A stretch of DNA of 63,832 bases, the filler included, from an uncultured Thermoplasmatales archaeon (GTDB taxonomy: Archaea > Thermoplasmatota > E2 > DHVEG-1): the NCBI GenBank assembly GCA_964517155.1. It is 5 parts of 5 records of this genome, joined end to end, with 100 filler letters (N's around TTAATTAATTAA, not from the genome) between each part and the next. Parts side by side here need not be neighbours in the genome. Positions count along the whole stretch, not along the records: positions 33,866 to 56,662 come from CAZFAZ010000033.1; positions 56,763 to 63,832 come from CAZFAZ010000039.1; 3 more parts are not named here. One strand, 5' to 3'. A model generated the notes under the pieces. That model searched no databases and was not told where the DNA came from. It worked only from the letters and a program-made list of their open reading frames with translations. The position numbers and the translations under genes were made by a program. This document shows, piece by piece, positions 53,015 through 61,860 of the stretch (position 1 is its first letter; each line of letters begins with the position of its first letter).

Positions 53015-53353
53015 ATGCATTTTGGTTTTATGATGGAGAAGGAAGCTAAAATTAGCACAGAAGAAGTTACATCTTTTCTGAAGTTGCCGGTTTATACTAG
53101 ACAAGGCAGATATGTTGGTCATGTTAGGAACGTATTTCTTGATATGGATGAAAAAAAGGTTAGTAGTTTACTTGTTACTAATACTAACCCAACTATTGTA
53201 GAAGGGACGGTGGATGTTGCAGTTCCTTATAGATGGGTTAACTCTATTGGGGATATAGTTATCTTGAGTTATTTCCCAGATAAAGTCACTACTAAAAAGA
53301 AAAAAGAAGAAAAAAATCAAGACGAAACTTCAGAAATTGATGTCGTTAATTAA
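53015..53353 (+). CDS. PRC-barrel domain protein
   Basis: VYT..GRYVG.V and VPYRWVNSIGDIVIL. Confidence 0.88.
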   Translation: MHFGFMMEKEAKISTEEVTSFLKLPVYTRQGRYVGHVRNVFLDMDEKKVSSLLVTNTNPTIVEGTVDVAVPYRWVNSIGDIVILSYFPDKVTTKKKKEEKNQDETSEIDVVN

Positions 53354-53566
53354 TTCTTTTATTTATTCTCTAATTTTTTTATATTATATTTTTAATAAAA
53401 AGTCTGTTATTTTTTAGGAAAGTATTTTATATAATGAAAGTTATATATATTATTGAATAAGATATATAGGGGTTATTGTACTCAAAAAGAAAGAGATGTA
53501 CAACAATCTTTATATATGGGGAAATGTAAATATATATTGAAAATATTAAAAAAATGGTGATAAAAA

Positions 53567-54526
53567 ATGATGAAAAATCGTAGAACTATAAAATCAGCAT
53601 TTATTATAGGCTTAGTTTTAGTCAGTGCATGTGCTGCTTTTGTACCAAGTACATCTGCTGGAATATTTTTTAATTTACAAAGCGTTGTCAGCGTTGGATA
53701 TTCTGGTAACAAAACTGAAGATCCAGTAGTCCCTCGTGGTAGTATTATAACCGTGCAGATGGATGTAGACTACTATGTGACAAGAGGGGTTTTAGGTAAA
53801 GGAGTATTACTTGCATATCAAGGAAAAAATGCTTTTGTTAAACTTGAGATTGTTGGCCAATCTAGCTGGTTAACTGCAAATCTAATGAAAGATACAGTGC
53901 CTTTTTCAATTTCAGATCAAAAACAGACTTCAACATTTAATGTTGCTTTTCAGGCATCAGAGAACGCTCCAGCTTATGCTCAAGGATACATAACTATAAA
54001 AGCATCTGTTGGAAAATTGGGTCTTATTGAAGGTTTTGAACAGGAATTTACTCTGCCAGTATTTCCAGCTTATAAACCACTTATTGATCCATCTTTACCA
54101 GATACTAATACAAAAAGAATAGGGCCAATGGATACAGCAGTATTTCCAATAGAAGTTAGAAACTTAGGTAATGCTGAAACAATAGTTTTTTTGGATGTAG
54201 AATATGTTCCAAAAGGATGGAATGCAATAATTACTTCACAAGTTACACTTTCTGAAGGAGACGGCTCAACAGCGACAGCATATCTTGTTGTAAAACCACC
54301 AAAAAGTTTTGGATATCACAGCGAAGAAGAAACTATCAGAATATCAATGGAGCCGGTAAGAGCAGATGATCAGAAAGATCGCGGAGAAAAAATATATGAA
54401 AATTTCTTAGTTGAAAGTCAAGGTTTTTCTACGCATGGAATTGAAGCAGTGTTACCAATAATACTAGTTATAATAGTAGTATTATTAATAGCGATTTATT
54501 ACTTTAAAACAAAAAATAAAAAATAA
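53567..54526 (+). CDS. Secreted Ig-like protein with C-terminal membrane anchor
   Basis: Signal peptide; beta-rich VRNLGN module; STHGIE followed by a TM and basic tail. Confidence 0.8.
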   Translation: MMKNRRTIKSAFIIGLVLVSACAAFVPSTSAGIFFNLQSVVSVGYSGNKTEDPVVPRGSIITVQMDVDYYVTRGVLGKGVLLAYQGKNAFVKLEIVGQSSWLTANLMKDTVPFSISDQKQTSTFNVAFQASENAPAYAQGYITIKASVGKLGLIEGFEQEFTLPVFPAYKPLIDPSLPDTNTKRIGPMDTAVFPIEVRNLGNAETIVFLDVEYVPKGWNAIITSQVTLSEGDGSTATAYLVVKPPKSFGYHSEEETIRISMEPVRADDQKDRGEKIYENFLVESQGFSTHGIEAVLPIILVIIVVLLIAIYYFKTKNKK

Positions 54527-54547
54527 GATAGTTTAAAACTATCTTAT
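54523..54547. terminator. Perfect 12-bp inverted repeat between the two surface-protein genes
   Basis: ATAAGATAGTTT-A-AAACTATCTTAT. Confidence 0.5.
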
Positions 54548-54604
54548 ATTAATTTAAAGTTACACGATCTAGATGCGACTTTCTATTATAATGGGGGGAC
54601 TAAA

Positions 54605-55999
54605 ATTAGAAAACAAGTTAAAGCAAAACTAGTATTTACTGTTGTATTCTTCCTTTTTTTATCTAGTTTTCTCCCTATTATTAGTTCTTCAAAACAAACA
54701 CAAAATATGTCTGATACTAAAGATCCTTGGGATTTTCCTATTCTTAACCAGATATCTAGATTGATAGCGGGTAATCTATTTCCAATATATCAGTTTACTA
54801 CAGAAAGAATTGAAAGCATCCCTAATTCGATAGAAATAGGCTACGGTGAGAAAGTACAAATTGATGTTGGTCTTGTAGATATGACTGAAGAAAACGCATC
54901 TACTTTTACAACTGTTAAAGAAACTCAACCTGTTCTGACAGCTAGATATCTTGATTTTTCTGTTGAGTTTCCTGATTTTAGTTCAGATGGGTGGTTTGTA
55001 AATTTTAATCCAACTAACGTTTATTTTGAAGAAGGAAACGTTTTGAAAACAAATATGACTATTCAATTAAACAATCCTCGTGTTCCAGTTCAAAGTGGAA
55101 GAATTAGGATTAAAGTTACTGATTACTGGGTTTTTAGTAATGTGTGGTTTCCTGAGGGATGGGATAACTGGTATCCATTTAAAAAAGCAGGATGGTTTAT
55201 TGCTGCTGTAACAGCAGGGTTTGGCAAATATAGTGGACAAGTTGCCCCTGAATACTTCTATTTTGATATACTTGTAAACGTAAAACCGTTTAAAGATGTA
55301 CAAATAGAGGCTTTAGATTTGGTTAAACTTAAACCCAATGAAGTTACTTCTATTCCAATAATTGTTAAAAATAGGGGTAATTATAATGATACTTTTTCAT
55401 TTAAAATAACAAGTGAACATGAGACAATTAAGATTGTAGATCCTACAGTTGTATCTCTTAAACCGGGTCAAAGTACGAATACGTTTCTTGCGGTTGCTGT
55501 TCCAGATTATGTTGTAGATGTGGGGACTGTACATCCTATCAATATTGAAGTTTATTCTACAGATGCACCAAATGTTACAATAGCAAGTCAGAAGGTTATG
55601 CTTGAGACTCAAGGTTTGTATGTTTCAGAGATGAATGGTATTTTCTTTGGATTAATTATTATTTTATTTATCTTTATAATTTTGATAATATTGAGGAAAA
55701 TAAGACAGATTCCTGAGAAAAAAACAGTAGATGTTAAAACTAAAAAGGAAAAAGAAAATAAAAAATCTGAAAGGTTTTTTTCAAAATTATTTGAAAAGCC
55801 AAAAGAAAAACCCAAAAAACAAGAAAAAAAACAAAAAACAGAACCTAAAGCAAAACCAGTAAAAAAAGAAGAAATCGTCGAAACTGAAGTAGTAAAAGAA
55901 AAACCTGTTATAAAACCAAAATTTGACCTAAAATCAGAAGAAGAGCGCAGAAAAAAAGAAAAAGCACTTGCAAAAATAAGAAAAAAACAAGGAAAATAA
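54605..55999 (+). CDS. Secreted Ig-like membrane-anchored protein with Lys/Glu-rich cytoplasmic tail; apparent ATT start
   Basis: In-frame signal peptide IRKQVKAKLVFTVVFFLFLSSFLPIISSS upstream of ATG 54707, after a GGGGGG SD; VKNRGNYNDTF module. Confidence 0.75.
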   Translation: MRKQVKAKLVFTVVFFLFLSSFLPIISSSKQTQNMSDTKDPWDFPILNQISRLIAGNLFPIYQFTTERIESIPNSIEIGYGEKVQIDVGLVDMTEENASTFTTVKETQPVLTARYLDFSVEFPDFSSDGWFVNFNPTNVYFEEGNVLKTNMTIQLNNPRVPVQSGRIRIKVTDYWVFSNVWFPEGWDNWYPFKKAGWFIAAVTAGFGKYSGQVAPEYFYFDILVNVKPFKDVQIEALDLVKLKPNEVTSIPIIVKNRGNYNDTFSFKITSEHETIKIVDPTVVSLKPGQSTNTFLAVAVPDYVVDVGTVHPINIEVYSTDAPNVTIASQKVMLETQGLYVSEMNGIFFGLIIILFIFIILIILRKIRQIPEKKTVDVKTKKEKENKKSERFFSKLFEKPKEKPKKQEKKQKTEPKAKPVKKEEIVETEVVKEKPVIKPKFDLKSEEERRKKEKALAKIRKKQGK

Positions 56000-56022
56000 A
56001 ACAAATATATTTTTAATTTTTT

Positions 56023-56662
56023 TTAACTGATAAATGGCAATCCTGTAAATAGTGTTACTATTAATGTTATTGATATTATAAGCATAATTACCCAAACTGT
56101 TGCATTCCATCTAATAATTTTTGTTCCGTCAAGTGGTCCGAAAGGCAACAAGTTAAAAGTCGCTAAAATCAAATTAATCATTATAATGAAATTTAGTATA
56201 CTGCCGATTCTTGCTGATTCAAAGAAAACAAAGACATATAATGGAATTAGGATAATTGCAATTACAATATTTGCAAGAGGTCCTGCCATTGCAATTCTAC
56301 CTGTTTCATAATCTCTTGAACCTCCTAGAAACATAACTGCACCTGGTGCTGCAAATACAAAGCCTGTGAAACTTAATATTAATGCTAGAAGTAAGCCCAT
56401 TGGAAACATTCTATATTCAGCCCAGAGGCCATATTTTTGTGCCATAAATTTATGACTCATCTCATGAAAGAAAAAGGCTGTTGCAATACCCAAAAAAGAT
56501 ATTAACAGGTAATATGGAAAATCTTCAAATTTGAAATTACCTGATAGCAAAGAGTCTTTGGGCAGAGCAATTGCAAAAGCAAATGTTAATACACCCATAG
56601 AAATTAATAGATGTATTATTTCAATTCTACTAAATTTACCAGGTTTAATAGGGTCTATACTT
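56023..56662 (-). CDS. Site-2 protease (M50), N-terminus cut by linker
   Basis: HEMSH, AGPLAN and FNLLPFGPLDG. Confidence 0.92.
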
Positions 56663-56762
56663 NNNNNNNNNNNNNNNNNNNNNNNNNNNNNNNNNNNNNN
56701 NNNNNNTTAATTAATTAANNNNNNNNNNNNNNNNNNNNNNNNNNNNNNNNNNNNNNNNNNNN
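56663..56762. other. Artificial contig linker
   Basis: N-run + TTAATTAATTAA + N-run. Confidence 0.98.
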
Positions 56763-56763
56763 T

Positions 56764-57298
56764 AGGTTTTATTGCAGCATCAAGTCTTTCAAAAGAAATT
56801 GAAGGAAAAACAATTGATCTTTTAATGTCTAATCCTGTTTCTCGTAAACAAATTATTTTTGAAAAATTCGTAGGTCTCATTCCAATGTTTTTAATAATAA
56901 ACCTAGGAACAATGATTGCAGTTATGGGTGTCACTGTTGTAATTAATGAAGAGTTAAACTTTACAAATTTAGCCCTTGTTCATATCGTATCTATACCTTA
57001 TTTTTTAGCAGTGATAAGCATTGGGCTTTTAATCTCTGTTATTTTAAACGAAAAAATGAAAGCAGCTATTATTATGATAGCAGTTATTGTAGGTATGTAT
57101 ATAATAGAGTCATTAAGTCAAATGGCACCAGATTATGAAGCAATGGGATATGTTTCACTTAATCATTATTTTAATCCATATGATGCTTTAAAATTTGGTG
57201 AAGTGGAATTATCAGGAGTGCTAGTATTAATAGCTGTTGCAGTAGTGTGTTTAGCAGCCTCGCTTATCTATTTTGAACATAAGGATATACAAGTATAA
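56764..57298 (+). CDS. ABC-2 type transporter permease, C-terminal part
   Basis: SKEIEGKTIDLLMSNPVSRKQIIFEK and FEHKDI terminus. Confidence 0.85.
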
Positions 57299-57347
57299 AA
57301 AAAAGATTTTTAGTAAACTTTAAATCTAGTTTTTTCTTACCTTGCTT

Positions 57348-57430
57348 TTGTAATCTGGGCATTGTTTTTTGTTTTATTGTTTCCAGCCCAAAAAACCAGG
57401 AAACAGTAAGAAAAAATTTATCTGAGGTGA
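57348..57430 (+). promoter_or_regulatory. Structured 5' leader (candidate cis-regulatory RNA)
   Basis: TTTAAA TATA at about 57319; 13-bp stem 57372-57384/57399-57411; loop GCCCA complementary to upstream TGGGC; SD GAGGTGA follows. Confidence 0.4.
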
Positions 57431-57439
57431 ATTAGGATT

Positions 57440-57655
57440 TTGAAAGAAAAACAAAAAACTGCGATATTTGGATTTATCATGTTTGTTACATTATTACTTT
57501 TTTCTCTTGATTTCTGGGGATGGGGACAGCCTACATCTGTAGACTCCTTAGTTTTAGGTTTACCTATCTGGATTTATTATCTATTATTTCTAACCCTTGC
57601 AACATTTGTTTTTTTCTATCTTGTTGCAAAATATGTTTGGAGGGATGAAAAATGA
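57440..57655 (+). CDS. Small 2-TM symporter accessory protein (DUF3311-like)
   Basis: DFWGWG...VLGLPIWIYY; overlaps the symporter start (ATGA). Confidence 0.8.
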   Translation: MKEKQKTAIFGFIMFVTLLLFSLDFWGWGQPTSVDSLVLGLPIWIYYLLFLTLATFVFFYLVAKYVWRDEK

Positions 57656-59097
57656 TTTTTTTAGCACTTGTAATACTATATTTTATAGTTTTACTAACAC
57701 TTGGATATTTTGCACATAAGCTTACTAAAAAAACTCCTCAGGATTATTTTCTTGCAAATCGCTCTTTTGGACCTATGATTTTATTTTTTACACTTATTGC
57801 TACAAATTTTTCAGCATTTACATTCTTGGGTTTTGCAGGTTCTTCATACAAGTATGGCTTGGGTCAGTATGGTATAATGGGTTTTGGAACAGCCATCATG
57901 GCTATTATGTTTTATGTGATAGGTCGCAAGGTGTGGAAGCTTGGCAAAGAAAAAGACTATATTACGCCCCCTGAGCTTATTGGTAGACATTTTAATAGTA
58001 CAAGCCTTAGACTGCTTTTTATGGGCGTTATGGTCGTATTTACTATTCCTTATTTAGCAACTCAAGCAATTGGTGCAGGAATATTGATTCAAAATATGAC
58101 TGCAATTTCTTGGCAGATTGGAGCTGCAATTACAATGATTGTAATTATGTTTTATGTGCTTTCTGGGGGCATGCGCGGCTCAGGTTGGACTGATGTTATA
58201 CAAGGTGTTATCATGATTCTTGCACTTACTTTTGCAGTTGTTTTTGTTGCGGTAAGCCTTGGTGGTTTTGAAGCAGCAAACACTGCTGCTTTTAATGCAA
58301 AACCAGAGCTTTTTACAAGACCTGGCGGCGATGGTTATTTCATGTTTCAAATGTGGTTTTCATTTATGATTCTCTGGATTTTTGCAGATCCTATGTTTCC
58401 ACAGATTTTTTCAAGGTTTTATACAGCAAAAAATGAAAAATCCCTAAAGACTGCAATGATTCTTTATCCATTAGTTGTATCTTTTTTGTTTTTATTTCCA
58501 GTGCTTATCGGCGTTTGGGCTCATGGAGCAGGAATTGTTCCTGAAAATACAGATAATGTGCTACCTTTAATGGTTGAAAAATATGCTGGACCTGTTTATT
58601 CTTTTGTTATGATTGGTGCACTTGCAGCTCTTATGTCTACAGCTGATTCTCAGCTGCTTTCTCTTTCTACTATGCTTTCTCATGATATTCCTTTTAGAAA
58701 AAGACGAATTTCTGAGATAAATCTTGGAAAAATAATTGTAGTACTGCTTACTTTTTTTGCAATAATATTTGTTATTATAGGTTATGATCCAAATGTTGGT
58801 ATTATGGGAACACTTGTGAAAACTACGTTTTCAGGTCTTGCAGTTTTATGTCCTGTTACTATTGCTGTGCTTTATTGGAAAAAAGTTACTAAATGGGGTT
58901 GTATATCAAGTATTATTGTTGGTGAGATATCTGTGTTTTTATTTCAATACAATGTTTTGCCAAGTTTTGGATTTTTACCTGCTATTTGGGCTGTATTGAT
59001 AGCTATTGTGGTCCTTGTTTTGGTAAGTTTTGTTACAAAAAAAGAAAAAAATATCTTATATCAATTTGAAAATGTAACTAATCACAAAGTTTTATAA
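57652..59097 (+). CDS. Sodium:solute symporter family protein
   Basis: DYFLANRS, SAFTFLG, GGMRGSGWTDVIQG and AALMSTADSQLL. Confidence 0.95.
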   Translation: MIFLALVILYFIVLLTLGYFAHKLTKKTPQDYFLANRSFGPMILFFTLIATNFSAFTFLGFAGSSYKYGLGQYGIMGFGTAIMAIMFYVIGRKVWKLGKEKDYITPPELIGRHFNSTSLRLLFMGVMVVFTIPYLATQAIGAGILIQNMTAISWQIGAAITMIVIMFYVLSGGMRGSGWTDVIQGVIMILALTFAVVFVAVSLGGFEAANTAAFNAKPELFTRPGGDGYFMFQMWFSFMILWIFADPMFPQIFSRFYTAKNEKSLKTAMILYPLVVSFLFLFPVLIGVWAHGAGIVPENTDNVLPLMVEKYAGPVYSFVMIGALAALMSTADSQLLSLSTMLSHDIPFRKRRISEINLGKIIVVLLTFFAIIFVIIGYDPNVGIMGTLVKTTFSGLAVLCPVTIAVLYWKKVTKWGCISSIIVGEISVFLFQYNVLPSFGFLPAIWAVLIAIVVLVLVSFVTKKEKNILYQFENVTNHKVL

Positions 59098-59463
59098 ATA
59101 ATATTAAATATATATAAAAGATGAAAGACTGTAAAAAAAGCCTTAGACGTTCAATTTTTTCATTATTTTTTTAGACTTAATCGACAAAGATAAAAAGAAG
59201 AGGGAAAAAATACAAAATATTTTTTGCTCTTTCTTTCCATTTTTTCTCTGAATCTACAATCTCAAAACAACTATTCTTTTTTAAAACTGCCTTAACCTTT
59301 ATTTCACAACAAAAACTTATGTATTCTGCTACAAAGGATACAAAAAATATATATCACAATAAAAAAAGAAGATATATTGTATAGCCTGCAAAAATATGGC
59401 TTACAGAATCTTATTAAAAAGGCAAACTAGACCAACTTTTATTAAGTTGTTTTTTCATATTTT

Positions 59464-60195
59464 TCACTTCCATTTGATATTGACTTCTTTGCCTCCACCT
59501 TTTCTTCTTTTTAATACACCTTTCTTAACTAACGTTAAAACTCCCAAATCTCTATACATACCAATAAATTCTTCAATTTCATCTTTTGAGATGCATCCAA
59601 CATCTAATAAAAAGACGGCGACATTATCAAAAGCTTTTTTATAAAATAAAATTTGTCCTGCTAAATCTCGTAATTTTCCCTTATTGTCTGCAATCTTAAG
59701 TTCAATAGCATATTTTTCATCTATGACAATATCAATTTTACCTTTGTCCGTATTGAATTGCCTATTTATTCTGTTTGGAATCTTTGCTTTAAGCCATATA
59801 ACCAATTGATTTTCTAAATCCGTTTCATCTCTAACTAATTCAGGTTTAAATTCTTCATCTATCAACAATAAGACACTTTCAAAAACATTTAATGACGGTT
59901 TTGTTTGATATGTTGTTTCTTGATAATTTCGTACTGGTTTTTCGTTAGAAGAACTGTGATTTATGTCTTTATACTCTGAATAAGAATAACTCCCAAGTGA
60001 TAATCCACCATATGATAATCTAGCTCTAAACAAAAAGATAATCACTAAAACAATGATAATAATTCCAATTATTATTATAAGCCCCCATGTATTCCACCAA
60101 TTTGCTATGGTATCACCAAAAAAAACCCATATAACTGCAATAGCAACTATTACCGCAAGAATTAATTGTCCCAAAACAGAACGTTCGTCTACCAT
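59464..60195 (-). CDS. Membrane-anchored PD-(D/E)XK nuclease-fold protein
   Basis: Two N-terminal TMs; E.DLENQL...L, KIDIVID and AIELK catalytic pattern. Confidence 0.7.
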   Translation of the reverse strand: MVDERSVLGQLILAVIVAIAVIWVFFGDTIANWWNTWGLIIIIGIIIIVLVIIFLFRARLSYGGLSLGSYSYSEYKDINHSSSNEKPVRNYQETTYQTKPSLNVFESVLLLIDEEFKPELVRDETDLENQLVIWLKAKIPNRINRQFNTDKGKIDIVIDEKYAIELKIADNKGKLRDLAGQILFYKKAFDNVAVFLLDVGCISKDEIEEFIGMYRDLGVLTLVKKGVLKRRKGGGKEVNIKWK

Positions 60196-60387
60196 TTTTT
60201 TGTCCTCAAAATAATATTTCTAAACAAATATTCTTTAATAATGTTTTATATAAAAACATAACAAAGAGGTATTTTATTATATTTTGACACATAGACTATA
60301 AATACTTATTAAACAAAACAATTAAAAACATAGTTGGACAACAATATATTTTTTGTCCACATCTAATACGTTTTTAAACTGTTTTAA

Positions 60388-60906
60388 TTATTTTTTCATT
60401 TTTGTTTGATATTCTTTATAAGTTAATTGCGTCATCCATTCCGTAAATCCTTCTAAAAAATAGATTTTATTTGAGAAGTTAACTCCATCTGATTCGATAA
60501 ATGAATTAGAAAATGCATGAGTTATTTCATGAGAAATAGTTTCAAAAATATCATTTTTATCCATGGGGCATATAAGAATTACAGCTGTTTTTGCTTTTAT
60601 TTCAATTTTATTCCATCTTGTGCCTATAGGTGGATAAATAGTCATTCCGTAATGGTTTTTATGTTTCTTTTCAAATGTTTTTTTTGAAAATTTTTCAAAA
60701 ATAATTGGTACACGATAAATGGAACTTATGGGCGAGGTTTTGCTAAAAGAAGTCACTTTACTTATCATTTCCTCTGTATTTTTTACCGATTCAAGTATTC
60801 TTTCTTTTTCGTGTAAATTAAATTTTTTATTATCTCGACCTTTTTTATCTAATGAAAAATAGATTTCAAAAAGTTCTGTTTCAATTATTTCATCTTTTTT
60901 GTTCAT
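60388..60906 (-). CDS. Zincin (HEXXH) metallopeptidase-like protein
   Basis: HEITH followed 21 residues later by E in LEGFTEW. Confidence 0.7.
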   Translation of the reverse strand: MNKKDEIIETELFEIYFSLDKKGRDNKKFNLHEKERILESVKNTEEMISKVTSFSKTSPISSIYRVPIIFEKFSKKTFEKKHKNHYGMTIYPPIGTRWNKIEIKAKTAVILICPMDKNDIFETISHEITHAFSNSFIESDGVNFSNKIYFLEGFTEWMTQLTYKEYQTKMKK

Positions 60907-61432
60907 TTTTCCAACCTTTTAAATCATAATAAAGAAAATTAGTGTTTGCTTCGTCATAAATTTTGAAATCTAATTTAGCGAGATACCAATCTTTTGCCAT
61001 ATCTTTAGTATCAACAACAATAAATCTTATTCCTATTCCTAATTTTTTATTTGAAAAAGCTGCATAAGCAACAGCTAATTTAAATAAATAACTTCCAACA
61101 TCTTTTCTTTGGTATTTTTCATCGATAGCAATTCTACCTATTTTTAATGCGGGAAAGGAATCGTATTTTTCTTTTATATTTACTAAATTTAAAAAACTTA
61201 ATCTATTACGTTCTTCAACTCGAATTGTATCTGCTAACAAAGAGATATAACCTACAAAAGTATTATTTGAATCTTTATCAAAAACAATAGTGGTAGTTGA
61301 TAAAAATTCATCTTGGTGATCTAAAGCACGATCTGTTAGAAATCGATTTAATTTTTCATGTTCTTTAGAAGTACCACAACTAAATGAACCTATATTTATT
61401 GAATCGTCTAAAATACAATAATCTAAATTCAT
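60890..61432 (-). CDS. GNAT acetyltransferase, TacT/AtaT toxin-like
   Basis: FSCG....LNRFL...A, GYISL, PALKIGRIAIDEKYQRKDVG and RFIVVD. Confidence 0.85.
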   Translation of the reverse strand: MNLDYCILDDSINIGSFSCGTSKEHEKLNRFLTDRALDHQDEFLSTTTIVFDKDSNNTFVGYISLLADTIRVEERNRLSFLNLVNIKEKYDSFPALKIGRIAIDEKYQRKDVGSYLFKLAVAYAAFSNKKLGIGIRFIVVDTKDMAKDWYLAKLDFKIYDEANTNFLYYDLKGWKNEQKR

Positions 61433-61435
61433 AAT

Positions 61436-61588
61436 TTAATCTAAAGATTTTTGTTTATGGAGTAAATTCAAACAATTTTGAATAAAAGCTTCCTGCTCTT
61501 TTGAAATCTTTTTGTCATTAATTTCTCTATAGAATCTTTTAGCAGATTTTCCTTTTAGAATTGGAGTTGGTCTTAGTTCTTCGGTCAT
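61436..61588 (-). CDS. 50-aa putative antitoxin (not in ORF track)
   Basis: GAGGT SD; MTEELRPTPILKGKSAKRFYREINDKKISKEQEAFIQNCLNLLHKQKSLD*; stop 3 nt before the GNAT start. Confidence 0.7.
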   Translation of the reverse strand: MTEELRPTPILKGKSAKRFYREINDKKISKEQEAFIQNCLNLLHKQKSLD

Positions 61589-61860
61589 TTTTACCTCTTT
61601 GATTAATATTATTAATATGCAAACATATTTATAAGATTTATCCTATTTAATATAAAGTTAGTTTATTTATTGCAAGCAACTAACTCTCATCTTTTATCCA
61701 TTTTACCGACATGTACAAAAGGAAGGCTTTGTTTGTTCTTAAATTTTGTTATATTGCTTAATATATCACAATTTTAGTAATATAAATTAAAAAAATGCTG
61801 TATAAATATGTTTTTACTCTGTAACTCCATAAAAGAAAAAAAGATATACAGAAATAATAT

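Noticed and set aside
57350..57400. preQ1-I riboswitch (UGGG...CCCA-AAAAAC resemblance)
   Set aside because: The loop is too long and lacks the conserved preQ1 loop nucleotides; kept only as an unassigned structured leader
59100..61860. CRISPR array or att repeats in the long AT-rich spacers
   Set aside because: No regularly spaced direct repeats or tRNA-derived duplications found by eye
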